The position numbers and the translations under genes are program-made. Below, one piece after another: positions 8,623 to 18,879 of a DNA stretch of 64,000 bases. Under the pieces are notes generated by a model, which saw only the letters and a program-made list of their open reading frames with translations, did not search any database and had not been told where the DNA came from. Numbering within the stretch: position 1 is the stretch's first letter; every line of letters begins with the position of its first letter. Source of the stretch: an uncultured Bacteroidales bacterium (GTDB lineage: Bacteria; Bacteroidota; Bacteroidia; Bacteroidales; UBA932); assembly GCA_947177525.1 (NCBI GenBank), contig CAMWUW010000001.1, forward strand, positions 6,847 to 70,846, given 5' to 3'.

Positions 8623-10817
8623 TTCTTGAACGGTATCTTATGAAAATCTTGGGAAACTTTATTGTCTTTTGTGCTCTGATTGTCATGGTGTCCTGCAGCC
8701 GTGCCGACCTTTATTGTGTTGTCTATAATTCATCGCAGGATGTATCGGCCGTAGAGTCAAATGACCTTTTGAGGCAATTGCGTTCGGAGAATTTCCGTAT
8801 TCATTTGTTTGATACTGCCGATGAGGCATTTGCTGCAGCTCCGGAGCATTCGGGTGTGCTGCTTCTTGCCGGCGGCTATCCTTCTGAAGGAGTGGACGTT
8901 ACCCAAAGGCAGATTGAGGCGGCGGAGCGGAAGTCATTGAAAGTGTTTGTGGAATATCCGCAACATTTCGGCAGCATTGCAGCATCAGGCAGAGATACTC
9001 TTGAGCTTGAAAGGATTGTTGTCTGCGATTCTATTTCGGAGTCTCTCCGTCCCATGGATCTGCTTTCATTCAACAGGTGTGTCTTAAACAGGTTTGAAGC
9101 GGAGGCTTTTGACGGCTCCTGCACCAATCTTCTCGTAGCGGCCAAGGTGGCAGGTTTTGATACGGCGGTATATGGTCTGGAGGACACTCCGGTAAAACCT
9201 TTGCTTATGCAATTTTGTGATGGGGGGGGGAATTTTATCATATCCACCACCCGTCTCAGCCAATATGCCCATGCCAGATATATACCTGATTCCAAGGTCA
9301 GGTCATTGTTTGAATATATAATAGGCTGGCTTGTTTCTGAAAAAGTCATATTCGATGACTGGCCGTCTCTGGTGCGGCCCGCCTATGGTGAAAAAGATAT
9401 TCTGCCTTCCTCTGCCCGTAAGGAGAGCATAGCGAAAGGCATTGAATGGTATTATAACGGACACTTCATTGTTGACAAGTCCTGGAAGGAGGACTGGGCC
9501 GATTTGTATATTGGTGACGGGACAATGCCTGTGGGACCTGAGGTGCCCGGTGACTTTGCAGACGGGGACGGCAGTCTCGGCGTTCTGGAAGGGCACATGT
9601 CCACAATCATGGATGACGGTTCGCAGATGTACAGATATTGGATGCGTGCCGATGTCCAGGGGGAATCATCATACGCTTTTGCTTCTGCGGCCAGCCTGCT
9701 GGAGCGCTCCGACTATGCTGACGTAGCATCAAATCTCCTTGAATACGCATTCCGTGAATACCGTGACGATGTGAGAAATGATCCGTCGTCGCCGTCCTAC
9801 GGGCTTGTCGGGTGGGCAATAACACATAAGGGCAATTATTATGGGGATGACAATGCCAGATTCATTTTAGGGGCATTGGGGGCATCCTCTTTTCTTGATA
9901 CCCACGAATTCGATAAGGAAATCATAGAGTCTATAGTGGGGAATTTCAGGACATCCGGCAAAAACGGTTTCAGGGGATGTACCCTGTATGAGCCTGAGCT
10001 GCAGAGCCGTGGGTGGCGGTCTTTCTATAATGGGACCCTTGTCAACCCGCATCCGCATTTCGAGGCCTGGCTATGGGCATGTTATCTCTGGCTGTACAGG
10101 CAGACCGGCTGGGAGCCACTTCTCGAAAGGACTAAAAACGGCATCCGCGCAACGATGGAGTCATATCCTTCTGGCTGGCTCTGGACAAACGGAATTCAGC
10201 AGGAGCGTGCCCGTATGATATTGCCTTTGGCATGGCTGTATAGGGTGGAGCCCTCTGCAGAGCATGGGCAATGGCTTGACTATATGGTAAATGAGGTCCT
10301 TGGAAATCAGGTCTCCTGCGGAGGAATCATGGAAGAGCTGGGTGACCCGGGCAAGAGCTCTTTCGGAAGGACACCTTCTAATGAAAAATACGGAGAGAGC
10401 GAGGCTCCTTTGATTTTTGATAATGGGGATCCGGTCGCAGATATGCTGTACACTACGAATTTCGCATTTGTTGGATTGTGTGAGGCTGCAGCGGCTACAG
10501 GAAAGCCGGAGTATACGGAAGCCCTTGAAAAAATGAATGATTTTCTCATAAGGATTCAGGTCCGTAGTGATGAATTCAAAAGTGTCGACGGGGCATGGTT
10601 CAGAGCCTTTGATTATGATATCTGGGACTATTGGGCTTCAAACGCTGATGCCGGCTGGGGGGCATGGAGCACTCTGACCGGATGGATACAGAGCTGGATT
10701 GTCGGGACTCAGGTGCTGATCGAGGAAAACACTTCTTTATGGGAACTTACGGCAGAAAATGATATGTCCGAAACGGCAGGACAGGTCATTTCGGATATGA
10801 TGCAGGAGTATAGATAA
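8619..10817 (+). CDS. Large hypothetical lipoprotein, probable glycoside-hydrolase-like helical barrel
   Basis: Lipobox (IVMVSC; alternative start 8640). Trp/Asp/Glu-rich C-terminal half (YYGDDNAR, HPHFEAWLW, WTNGIQQERAR). ATGA overlap with the epimerase. Confidence 0.6.
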   Translation: MILERYLMKILGNFIVFCALIVMVSCSRADLYCVVYNSSQDVSAVESNDLLRQLRSENFRIHLFDTADEAFAAAPEHSGVLLLAGGYPSEGVDVTQRQIEAAERKSLKVFVEYPQHFGSIAASGRDTLELERIVVCDSISESLRPMDLLSFNRCVLNRFEAEAFDGSCTNLLVAAKVAGFDTAVYGLEDTPVKPLLMQFCDGGGNFIISTTRLSQYAHARYIPDSKVRSLFEYIIGWLVSEKVIFDDWPSLVRPAYGEKDILPSSARKESIAKGIEWYYNGHFIVDKSWKEDWADLYIGDGTMPVGPEVPGDFADGDGSLGVLEGHMSTIMDDGSQMYRYWMRADVQGESSYAFASAASLLERSDYADVASNLLEYAFREYRDDVRNDPSSPSYGLVGWAITHKGNYYGDDNARFILGALGASSFLDTHEFDKEIIESIVGNFRTSGKNGFRGCTLYEPELQSRGWRSFYNGTLVNPHPHFEAWLWACYLWLYRQTGWEPLLERTKNGIRATMESYPSGWLWTNGIQQERARMILPLAWLYRVEPSAEHGQWLDYMVNEVLGNQVSCGGIMEELGDPGKSSFGRTPSNEKYGESEAPLIFDNGDPVADMLYTTNFAFVGLCEAAAATGKPEYTEALEKMNDFLIRIQVRSDEFKSVDGAWFRAFDYDIWDYWASNADAGWGAWSTLTGWIQSWIVGTQVLIEENTSLWELTAENDMSETAGQVISDMMQEYR
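9222..9230 (+). repeat. G9 homopolymer inside CDS
   Basis: Nine consecutive G encoding GGG in DGGGNF. Confidence 0.9.
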
Positions 10818-10842
10818 AACTAATTATAAAACCAATAACTAA

Positions 10843-13800
10843 ATGAAACGAATTGTAAATGCAGCAGTCATCATCATGACAATGCTTGCCTTGTGGGCAT
10901 CTGCCATTTCCGCAAGAGGGGCTGCAGAAAACGGCTATTTATCTCAGGGACCGATAACTGTCAGAGGTAAAGTGGTTGATGAAAACAACGAGCCTTTTGT
11001 AGGTGTTGCCATTCTGGCAAAAATGGCAACCAATGGTGTGATTACCGGTGTGGACGGTACATTTGAAATCAATGTTCTTCAGAACGATGAACTGGAGTTC
11101 ACTTTCCTGGGCTATGAGACCCAGATTGTCAAAGTTGACGGCAGGGTTCTGTACTCGGTGACAATGCTTCCCCAGACATCCGAACTGGATCAGGTGACTG
11201 TGGTCGCCTATGGCAAGCAGAGGAAAGAAAGTGTGATCGGAGCCATTTCAAGTATAAATGTAGATAAGATCAGCCATTCTGTAAATAAATTGAGTAATGT
11301 GCTTGCAGGCCAGATGGCAGGTATTGTTGCCGTACAGAGAAGTGGTGAACCAGGCTCCGGCTCGGATTTCTGGATACGAGGTGTAAGTACGTTCGGTGCC
11401 AACAACAAGCCGCTTGTACTTGTTGACGGTATCGAAAGGGACCTTAACCTTGTGGATCCGGATGATGTGGAGACTTTCTCTATTCTCAAGGATGCCACGG
11501 CAACTGCAATCTATGGAGTCCGCGGAGCCAACGGTGTTGTCCTTATTACAACAAGGAAGGGTAAGGAATCGTCAAAGCCAGTGGTTAACGCACGTGTAGA
11601 AGCATCTCTTCTCCAGCCTACAAAGATGCCGGAAATGGCAAACGCGGAAGAGTTTATCAACATGTACAATTATGCCTATATGGATAATCGCGGCGGTGTC
11701 TTCTATGACGATGCGGCAAAGGCCAAGTATCTTGACGGTTCTGATCCGGATTTATATCCGAACATAGACTGGATGGATGAAATCTACAAAAAAGCCACAT
11801 CCAGCTATAGGGCAAATGTGAATATTACAGGCGGAACCAAGACGGTACAGTATTATGTTGCCGGCTCTTATTATAGGGAAAACGGTATCTTCAGTCCTGA
11901 TAAAGGTCTTGGATACAACCCTTCCAACAACTGGTCCCGCTTCAATTTCAGGTCAAATCTTGACATCAAGCTCTTCCCTCATACCACATTGAATATCAAC
12001 ATGTCCAATCAGTATGATACCAAGAGGCAGCCGAACAACAATTCTGATCTTTGGATATATGCGTTCAAGACAATACCGATTGCTATTCCACGCAGGTATT
12101 CCGATGGTACGATTGCACGTCCTACAATCGGAGAAAATCCTTATAACCTGTTGAACCTTAATGGATATAATGAAATCTTTACAAACAATGCACAGTCTCT
12201 TGTCGGATTGACGCAGGATTTCGAGCCTTGGGTGAAAGGTCTGAAATTCAATATAAAATTCTCTTGGGACGCATTGAACTATGCCCATCTCAACCGCTCG
12301 AAGAGCCCTTCAACATACTATGCATCCGGGCGTGACGAGTTCGGGAATCTTAAGTTTACCAAAAACAATGACGGAAATGACTATCTGACACTTTATCGTG
12401 ACAACAGCGGCAGCAGGACGACCTATCTTGAGACATCGCTCTCCTATGAAAGGAACTTCCTTGAATCCCATAGGGTCGGAGCCCTTTTCCTCTATAATAT
12501 GAAAGAGAGGGTTGACAATTTCCCTGGCTCATATATAGAAGCTCTGCCATATAGGAATCTTGGTATTGCAGGAAGATTGACCTATTCATATAAGGACAGG
12601 TATTTCATTGAGGGTAACTTCGGTTATAACGGTTCGGAGAATTTTGCACCGGACAAGAGATTCGGATTCTTCCCTTCTGTCGCGCTGGGTTATCTGATAA
12701 GCAATGAAAAATTCTGGCAACCTATTTCTGATGTTGTCAGTGTCCTGAAGTTCAAAGGTTCATACGGTCTCATAGGAAATGACCAGATCGGCGGAAACAG
12801 GCGTTTCGCATTCAACTCGGAGATAGCAAATACCGGCAGCTACACATTTGGTGAGCAGGGGCAGACCACCTTGGGAGGCCTGGCTACCGGGTATCCCGGT
12901 TCTTCCAATGTCTCTTGGGAAGAGGCAAAGAAAATGAATGTCGGAATTGAGCTGGAGCTGTTCTATTCGTTGAAACTTGATATAGACTTCTTCCATGAAG
13001 ACAGATCCGGCATCTTCATCGAAAGGGCTTCTGTGCCTTCGGTTGTGGGTGTGAATGTCAGCCCTTATATGAACCTCGGCAAGATGCAGAACCGTGGAGT
13101 TGATGCATCGCTTCAATACAACAAAAGATTCAGGAACGGTGTAGCAGTTTCAGCCAGGGCCAATTTCACTTTCAACAGGAACAAGAAACTCTATGATGAC
13201 GAGCCTCATCCGCTTTCTCCGTATAAGGATGTCATAGGAAAGCCTTGGGGACAGCAGTTCGGATATATAGCTCTCGGCTATTTCCAGTCGGAAGAAGAAC
13301 TGGCAAACAGCCCTCATCAGATAGACAATCCGAGGGTGGGTGACCTCAAATACAAGGATATCAATGGTGACGGTGTAGTCAATACGGAAGACTATGTGGC
13401 AATCGGCCGCACTGATATACCGGAAATAAACTATGGCTTCGGAGCGAATGTAAGCTATAAGGGATTTGACCTGTCCTTCTTTTTCCAGGGAGTAGGGAAT
13501 GTGACCGGATTTATTGTCGGCCCTACAATCAACATGTCAGATTCAAACCAGCTGTTCTCCAATGTCCATAGGGATGTGGCGCTGAACTATTGGACTCCTG
13601 ACAGGCCGGATGCAAAATATCCGAGACTTTCTATCAATGGAAGCCAGAATAATATATCTCCTTCCACATATAACCAGATAGACAAGAGTTTCATTAGGCT
13701 GAAGAGTGCGGAAATAGGATATACCTTACCTAAAAAGGTAAGCAAGAAGATAGGCTCCTCAATGACCCGTTTCTATATTTCCGGAAACAATCTGCTGACT

Positions 13801-13902
13801 TTTGCAAAATTCAAACTGTGGGATCCGGAAATCGCAAGCTCGGAAGGAGCGCAATATCCTAATATGCGTGTTATCAATTTTGGCGTAAACTTTAATTTTT
13901 GA
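10843..13902 (+). CDS. susC: SusC/RagA TonB-dependent outer membrane transporter
   Basis: Motifs LKDATATAIYGVRGANGVVLITT, YNGSENF, WDPE; C-terminal Phe. Confidence 0.96.
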   Translation: MKRIVNAAVIIMTMLALWASAISARGAAENGYLSQGPITVRGKVVDENNEPFVGVAILAKMATNGVITGVDGTFEINVLQNDELEFTFLGYETQIVKVDGRVLYSVTMLPQTSELDQVTVVAYGKQRKESVIGAISSINVDKISHSVNKLSNVLAGQMAGIVAVQRSGEPGSGSDFWIRGVSTFGANNKPLVLVDGIERDLNLVDPDDVETFSILKDATATAIYGVRGANGVVLITTRKGKESSKPVVNARVEASLLQPTKMPEMANAEEFINMYNYAYMDNRGGVFYDDAAKAKYLDGSDPDLYPNIDWMDEIYKKATSSYRANVNITGGTKTVQYYVAGSYYRENGIFSPDKGLGYNPSNNWSRFNFRSNLDIKLFPHTTLNINMSNQYDTKRQPNNNSDLWIYAFKTIPIAIPRRYSDGTIARPTIGENPYNLLNLNGYNEIFTNNAQSLVGLTQDFEPWVKGLKFNIKFSWDALNYAHLNRSKSPSTYYASGRDEFGNLKFTKNNDGNDYLTLYRDNSGSRTTYLETSLSYERNFLESHRVGALFLYNMKERVDNFPGSYIEALPYRNLGIAGRLTYSYKDRYFIEGNFGYNGSENFAPDKRFGFFPSVALGYLISNEKFWQPISDVVSVLKFKGSYGLIGNDQIGGNRRFAFNSEIANTGSYTFGEQGQTTLGGLATGYPGSSNVSWEEAKKMNVGIELELFYSLKLDIDFFHEDRSGIFIERASVPSVVGVNVSPYMNLGKMQNRGVDASLQYNKRFRNGVAVSARANFTFNRNKKLYDDEPHPLSPYKDVIGKPWGQQFGYIALGYFQSEEELANSPHQIDNPRVGDLKYKDINGDGVVNTEDYVAIGRTDIPEINYGFGANVSYKGFDLSFFFQGVGNVTGFIVGPTINMSDSNQLFSNVHRDVALNYWTPDRPDAKYPRLSINGSQNNISPSTYNQIDKSFIRLKSAEIGYTLPKKVSKKIGSSMTRFYISGNNLLTFAKFKLWDPEIASSEGAQYPNMRVINFGVNFNF

Positions 13903-15788
13903 TGAAATATATGAAAATGCTTAAAATATTTGCTTTGGCGATATTGTCGCTGACAGCGGTTTCGTCGTGCAGCTATCTGGAACACAATTTCAATGACCAG
14001 ATGGATATCAATGAGGTTTTCAGTAAGCGGCCCACGACCGAGCAGTTTCTTGCAGGTGTCTACTCCGTAATTCCTGACGGATTATGGGTATGGACCGGCT
14101 CATTTATTCCGTGTGCGGATGATGCATATTTTTCTTGGGAAAAGATGGATTATGAACTTGTCCGCAGCGGAAGCTATAATGAATCGACTGTCGGTATGGC
14201 AGGCAACTGGACTCCTCAGTTCAATCCTTGGTCAAAGTATTATGTCGCCATCAACCAGGCGTCCGTGTTTATTTCCAATGTTGACAGATGTCTCGAGTTG
14301 ACTGAAAAGGAAAGGGCTGAAATGAAGGCTGAGGCGAGGGCCTTGAGGGCGTACTATTATTTCCTGCTTTTCCAGCAGTATGGTCCGGTATTTATCTGGG
14401 GGGACAGAGAGCCTGATCTGGGTATAATCGGTGATGACATCGACAGGAATACAGTAGATGAATGTGTGGATTTTATGGCCAGTCAGCTCGAAATTGCGGC
14501 AAATGACCTCCCGGTAAAGGTTGCGGACCCTACAACATGGCAGGGACGTATAACCAAGGGAGCTGCCCTTGGCCTCAGGTCCAGGATTCTCCTGTTTGCT
14601 GCACGTCCTCTTCTTAATGGTGGCGGAGAGTCCCGCTATGGGGCAGGGCTTGTCAATAAATACGGGAAATCCATCTTCCCGGAGGAGGAAGACCCGAATA
14701 AATGGACAAGAGCGGCAGAGGCTGCAAAAAATGTCATTGACCTTGGTGTATATGACCTTCATAAGACTTCAAAGGCAATCAGCGATCCGGTAGAGAAAGG
14801 TATGAATTCATATCGGGAAGTCTTTATCGAGAAGTGGAATGAGGAACTTATTTTCGCAAGATATTATGCAGATGCGGAGAACTGGAATCAGCGCGTTGTC
14901 CCTCCGAGGGTGTTTGGAGTAGGTATCGGTGGCTATTCATGTACTATGAAACTGGTGGACGCCTATCCTATGGCCAATGGAATGTACCCGATAAAGGGCT
15001 ATACTAACAATGGTGCCACACCTGTCGTTGACAGCAGGTCCGGCTATGAGGAGGATGGATTTACAGACAACTGGTTCCATCCTACCCACAAGGATAAGGG
15101 AATCAAGGTGCACAATAGCATGAAAGGAAGGGATGGAAGGTTCTATGCATCTATTTTCTTTAACGGAATGTACTGGATACATGCGGACGCTACAGGTGAT
15201 GAGTACAAGCCGGTCACTTTCTTTGACGGAGGTACTTCCTCGTATGCCCATGCAAGTGGAGACTTCGTGAAAACGGGATTTCTGTTTACCAAATTTACCG
15301 ATCCGTCAATTGATACCAGAAAAAATGTCTGGGGCTCGCTTACATGGTCTTATATACGGCTTGCGGAAATTTATCTCAACTATGCCGAAGCATGTAATGA
15401 AAAGCCGGAAAGAGATGCGGCCGAAGCTCTGAAATATCTCAATAAGATCAGGGAGCGTGCGGGAATCTCCGCAAAGCTTGAGGAGTGCTATCCTGAGGTT
15501 GTGAACAGCAGGGAAGAGCTCCGCAAATGGATCCGCCAGGAAAGGATGGTTGAGCTTGCGTATGAGGGATTGCGCTATTACGACCTCCGTACATGGATGA
15601 TTGCCGACAAAGAGGCGAACGGACCATGCTACGGTCTTGATCTGACGGCGAAGGATTATGAGTCATCCTGGACACGTACATCGAAGATATGTCAGCCGCT
15701 GGTATTCCAGGACAAGCATTATTTCTTCCCGATAGGAAAAAAACAATTGGAGGAGATGAACAATTTTACACAGAATCAGGGGTGGTAA
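13902..15788 (+). CDS. susD: SusD/RagB lipoprotein
   Basis: Lipobox; motifs EARALRAYYYF, GRITKGAA, RLAEIYLNYAEA, ERMVELAYEG, QNQGW. Confidence 0.95.
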   Translation: MKYMKMLKIFALAILSLTAVSSCSYLEHNFNDQMDINEVFSKRPTTEQFLAGVYSVIPDGLWVWTGSFIPCADDAYFSWEKMDYELVRSGSYNESTVGMAGNWTPQFNPWSKYYVAINQASVFISNVDRCLELTEKERAEMKAEARALRAYYYFLLFQQYGPVFIWGDREPDLGIIGDDIDRNTVDECVDFMASQLEIAANDLPVKVADPTTWQGRITKGAALGLRSRILLFAARPLLNGGGESRYGAGLVNKYGKSIFPEEEDPNKWTRAAEAAKNVIDLGVYDLHKTSKAISDPVEKGMNSYREVFIEKWNEELIFARYYADAENWNQRVVPPRVFGVGIGGYSCTMKLVDAYPMANGMYPIKGYTNNGATPVVDSRSGYEEDGFTDNWFHPTHKDKGIKVHNSMKGRDGRFYASIFFNGMYWIHADATGDEYKPVTFFDGGTSSYAHASGDFVKTGFLFTKFTDPSIDTRKNVWGSLTWSYIRLAEIYLNYAEACNEKPERDAAEALKYLNKIRERAGISAKLEECYPEVVNSREELRKWIRQERMVELAYEGLRYYDLRTWMIADKEANGPCYGLDLTAKDYESSWTRTSKICQPLVFQDKHYFFPIGKKQLEEMNNFTQNQGW

Positions 15789-15791
15789 ACA

Positions 15792-16298
15792 ATGGATATG
15801 GTTATGAAAAAAATTATAGGAATACTTTCAATATTTGTAGCGGGTGTGCTGATGGCTGTCTCCTGTGAAGACAACAGGCTTGACGGGATGTGCGATGACC
15901 AGGTGTATTTCGTAAACGGTGGTACGGAGCGGATTGTGAATGTAAGTGTAAGGGATTACGCTGATGTGGCTTTCACAGTCTACAAATCAGGCATCGGACA
16001 GGTTGCTGCCTCAGTGGATGTTGTTGTGGATGAGGAACTTCTTGCAAGGCTTAATGCTGAAAACGGCACGGACTACAAGCTTCTTGATGAAAATTGCTAT
16101 ACGATAGAGAAGTCGCATTTTGAGTTTGCAGCAGAAGATGTGTCTTTTTTAAGTAATATTGAATTTGACGGACAGGCCATCAATGTCTTCCAGGGATTGG
16201 CAAAGAAAGAGCATGCTCTGCCGCTTTCTCTGCGCTCTACAGGAAAAGTCAGTGAAAAATTGGGATATCTTCTTCTGGTACCTGTATTAGAGAAGTAG
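15792..16298 (+). CDS. PUL surface lipoprotein (DUF1735/BT_3987-like)
   Basis: Lipobox (AVSC); motifs VYKSG, NGTDYKLL...Y and ALPL.L; directly follows susD. Confidence 0.7.
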   Translation: MDMVMKKIIGILSIFVAGVLMAVSCEDNRLDGMCDDQVYFVNGGTERIVNVSVRDYADVAFTVYKSGIGQVAASVDVVVDEELLARLNAENGTDYKLLDENCYTIEKSHFEFAAEDVSFLSNIEFDGQAINVFQGLAKKEHALPLSLRSTGKVSEKLGYLLLVPVLEK

Positions 16299-16302
16299 AC
16301 TT

Positions 16303-17718
16303 ATGCGCTTCAGTGATGTTGTAGCCGGCGTATTGTCGGTGCTCCTCCTTGCCGCGGGATGCGGCAAGGGGCCGTCACCGGCGAATGGCATTCAGTCAGC
16401 TCCGGAAGATATGATATTGGATATCAAGTTCCCTGGAGCATCCAAACCATCCCATGTCGAGATTGACAATGAGAGACGTAAGGTGGTATTGGATTTTGAG
16501 AAAGGGATAGTTCCGGACAATGTGGAGTTCCTGTTCATATTGGATGAAGGGGTCACGATGAAAGAGCCTGCCGATGTCCGCTGTATCCTGGATCTTACCG
16601 TGACTAACTCATTTACCGTCTCTTTTGACGGGAAGGATTACCGTTACCTGCTTATTGCAAATTACAAAGGCTCCGCCCAGGGTGATGTGATGAAGGACGG
16701 ACCTGTCTCGGACATGGCACTGATGTATTATGGAGGTCCTCACCGCATCGGAAAGAGCGACTGGACATCCGCACAGTTGAGGTCCAATGTCGTTTATGAG
16801 GACAGGGACGGCAACGGGCACTGGCTGTTTGACTCATTCCTTTTCCTGGAGACGTCCAATGGAGGCGGTCATTATTTCGACAGCGGTTTTGTAGGTTCTT
16901 CAAATCCGGATGATATAGGAGCCAATAAGAATGACTGGCAGAATATATTGGACAAGTATTTTGCTGCAGACAGCCCGATAGTCCGCCTTGACCGGGAGAT
17001 CGGGGAGGCCATACAGAGAGTATCGGTGCCTGTCTACAAGAGGAAACTGATAGTCTTCATCCCTGTCGCATTCCATGGGCAGAAGAACTGGGGTGCCTTG
17101 TCCGGGAAGAATCTGGACTTCGGCCAGGATAAGGACAGGATCTCGGCAAGCAAATGGTATGTGGATGAGGTAATCAGGCGTTTCAGTTCCCTCAATCTCA
17201 GTTATCTTTCCCTTGACGGGATTTATTTTGTCGGGGAACAGCTTACGGGCAACAGAAGCTATATACCGGCAGTGTCTGACTATGTCAAAAGCAAGAATCT
17301 CAAGTTCTACTGGATTCCGTACTGGGGAGCAGACGGAATGGGGGAGTGGAAGTCCATGAAGTTTGATACAGCTTTCCTCCAGCCGAATTATGCATTCCCG
17401 GCACAGAAACCGGATTATGCATCTCATTTTAAGTCCGTAATGGATTTTGCCTTGTCAAAAGACATGGATCTGGAGATGGAATTCGATGAATATGCGCTTT
17501 ATGACAATCGGTTTGGTGAATACAGGGCGGACCGTGTACGCGACTATCTCAGGGCCTTCAGGGTATATAATGTCATAGGTAGGAACAAGATAGCATACTA
17601 TCAGAGCGACTGTATGATACATGCCTTGAAGACATCGGGGCACAGTCAGGACAAAGACCTGTATCACGAGATATGCTCGATGATTGTTGAAAGACAGCAG
17701 AAACGTGGTGAAAAATAA
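16303..17718 (+). CDS. DUF4855-like lipoprotein with extra N-terminal domain
   Basis: Motifs DMALMYYGG, WLFDSFLFLE, FYWIPYW, QPNY, LEMEFDE; paralogous to the next gene. Confidence 0.75.
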   Translation: MRFSDVVAGVLSVLLLAAGCGKGPSPANGIQSAPEDMILDIKFPGASKPSHVEIDNERRKVVLDFEKGIVPDNVEFLFILDEGVTMKEPADVRCILDLTVTNSFTVSFDGKDYRYLLIANYKGSAQGDVMKDGPVSDMALMYYGGPHRIGKSDWTSAQLRSNVVYEDRDGNGHWLFDSFLFLETSNGGGHYFDSGFVGSSNPDDIGANKNDWQNILDKYFAADSPIVRLDREIGEAIQRVSVPVYKRKLIVFIPVAFHGQKNWGALSGKNLDFGQDKDRISASKWYVDEVIRRFSSLNLSYLSLDGIYFVGEQLTGNRSYIPAVSDYVKSKNLKFYWIPYWGADGMGEWKSMKFDTAFLQPNYAFPAQKPDYASHFKSVMDFALSKDMDLEMEFDEYALYDNRFGEYRADRVRDYLRAFRVYNVIGRNKIAYYQSDCMIHALKTSGHSQDKDLYHEICSMIVERQQKRGEK

Positions 17719-17735
17719 TATTAATCCATTCGGTT

Positions 17736-18830
17736 ATGAAAAGACAAAATAAAATAATATCAGCTGCATTAATCATTTCCTCATTGCTTGCATCATGCGT
17801 ATCTCCGGAACGTAAGCCTGGGGACAGTCCGTTGACTGAGGAAGGCAATATCGGAGATATGGTCCTCATGTATTATGGAGGAGCACACAGAAAGACCGTG
17901 TGGGATTATGACCAGTGCATGAGCAATGTGGCATACAGGGACAGTGAAGGTGATCTGCACTGGATGTTTGACGGCTTTCTTTTCCTGGAGTTCAAGGATG
18001 GCAAGGGAAGGAGCTATGCTTCCTATTACGAACCTCTTGCCTGCAGGAAAGTGGAATGGGAAGAGCTTGCCGGCTGCTATTTCGTGGAAGGGCGTGCATG
18101 CCGTGCTCTCGAAGAATGTATCGAAGATGTCAAATCCGAGATAGGTGCACCGAAGCACAAGCGCAAGGTGGTTGTTACTTTGCCCGAGCCTGTTCCGGGA
18201 CAGACTGACTGGGGGCAGCTTGACGGCAGGAACCTGGATTTCAACAATGATGCGGACAGGGTGGAAGCATGTAAATGGTATATCGACCTGGTAATCAAGA
18301 ACTTTAAAGAAAATGACTTCAAGAATCTTGAATTGGACGGTTTCTATTGGATTGCTGAAGAAGCTACCAACAGCAGGACGATTCTGCATCAGGTAGGAGA
18401 TTATATGAGGTCTTTGGGCTACAGATTCTATTGGATACCTTATTGGGGTTCCGACGGATATGGTGAATGGAAGGAACTGAAGTTTGATGTTGCCTATCAG
18501 CAGCCCAACTATTTCTTCTATGAGCAGAAGCCTGATTCTGTACATCTCATGAAAGTGTGTGAATTCGCCAAGGAAAAGGGAATGTTCCTGGAAGTTGAAT
18601 TTGATGAAAGGGCATTGAAGAAGAGTTCTGACTACCGTGCGGACCGTCTTCACGAATATATGGAGGCTTATCAGAAATATGGAGCCATAGACAGCCTTCC
18701 TCTTGCCTATTATATCGGAGATTGTATGGTCCATGACCTTAAAGTTTCTGAATATAAGGAAGATAATGACCTTTATGACTGGTTCTCGGATATTGTGGTC
18801 AGACGTCAGAAAATAAGAGGAGAAAGATAA
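17736..18830 (+). CDS. DUF4855-like lipoprotein
   Basis: Motifs DMVLMYYGG, WMFDGFLFLE, LDGFYWIAEE, FYWIPYW, QQPNY, LEVEFDE. Confidence 0.8.
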   Translation: MKRQNKIISAALIISSLLASCVSPERKPGDSPLTEEGNIGDMVLMYYGGAHRKTVWDYDQCMSNVAYRDSEGDLHWMFDGFLFLEFKDGKGRSYASYYEPLACRKVEWEELAGCYFVEGRACRALEECIEDVKSEIGAPKHKRKVVVTLPEPVPGQTDWGQLDGRNLDFNNDADRVEACKWYIDLVIKNFKENDFKNLELDGFYWIAEEATNSRTILHQVGDYMRSLGYRFYWIPYWGSDGYGEWKELKFDVAYQQPNYFFYEQKPDSVHLMKVCEFAKEKGMFLEVEFDERALKKSSDYRADRLHEYMEAYQKYGAIDSLPLAYYIGDCMVHDLKVSEYKEDNDLYDWFSDIVVRRQKIRGER

Positions 18831-18879
18831 TGCAATAAAATATCAATACTATTTAATTAATCACTAAAAACAATTGATT

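Noticed and set aside
17793-18734. 313-aa antisense ORF (likewise 34806..35816 and 41018..42001)
   Set aside because: Each lies fully opposite a well-supported gene and has no family motifs; typical shadow ORFs from codon bias.
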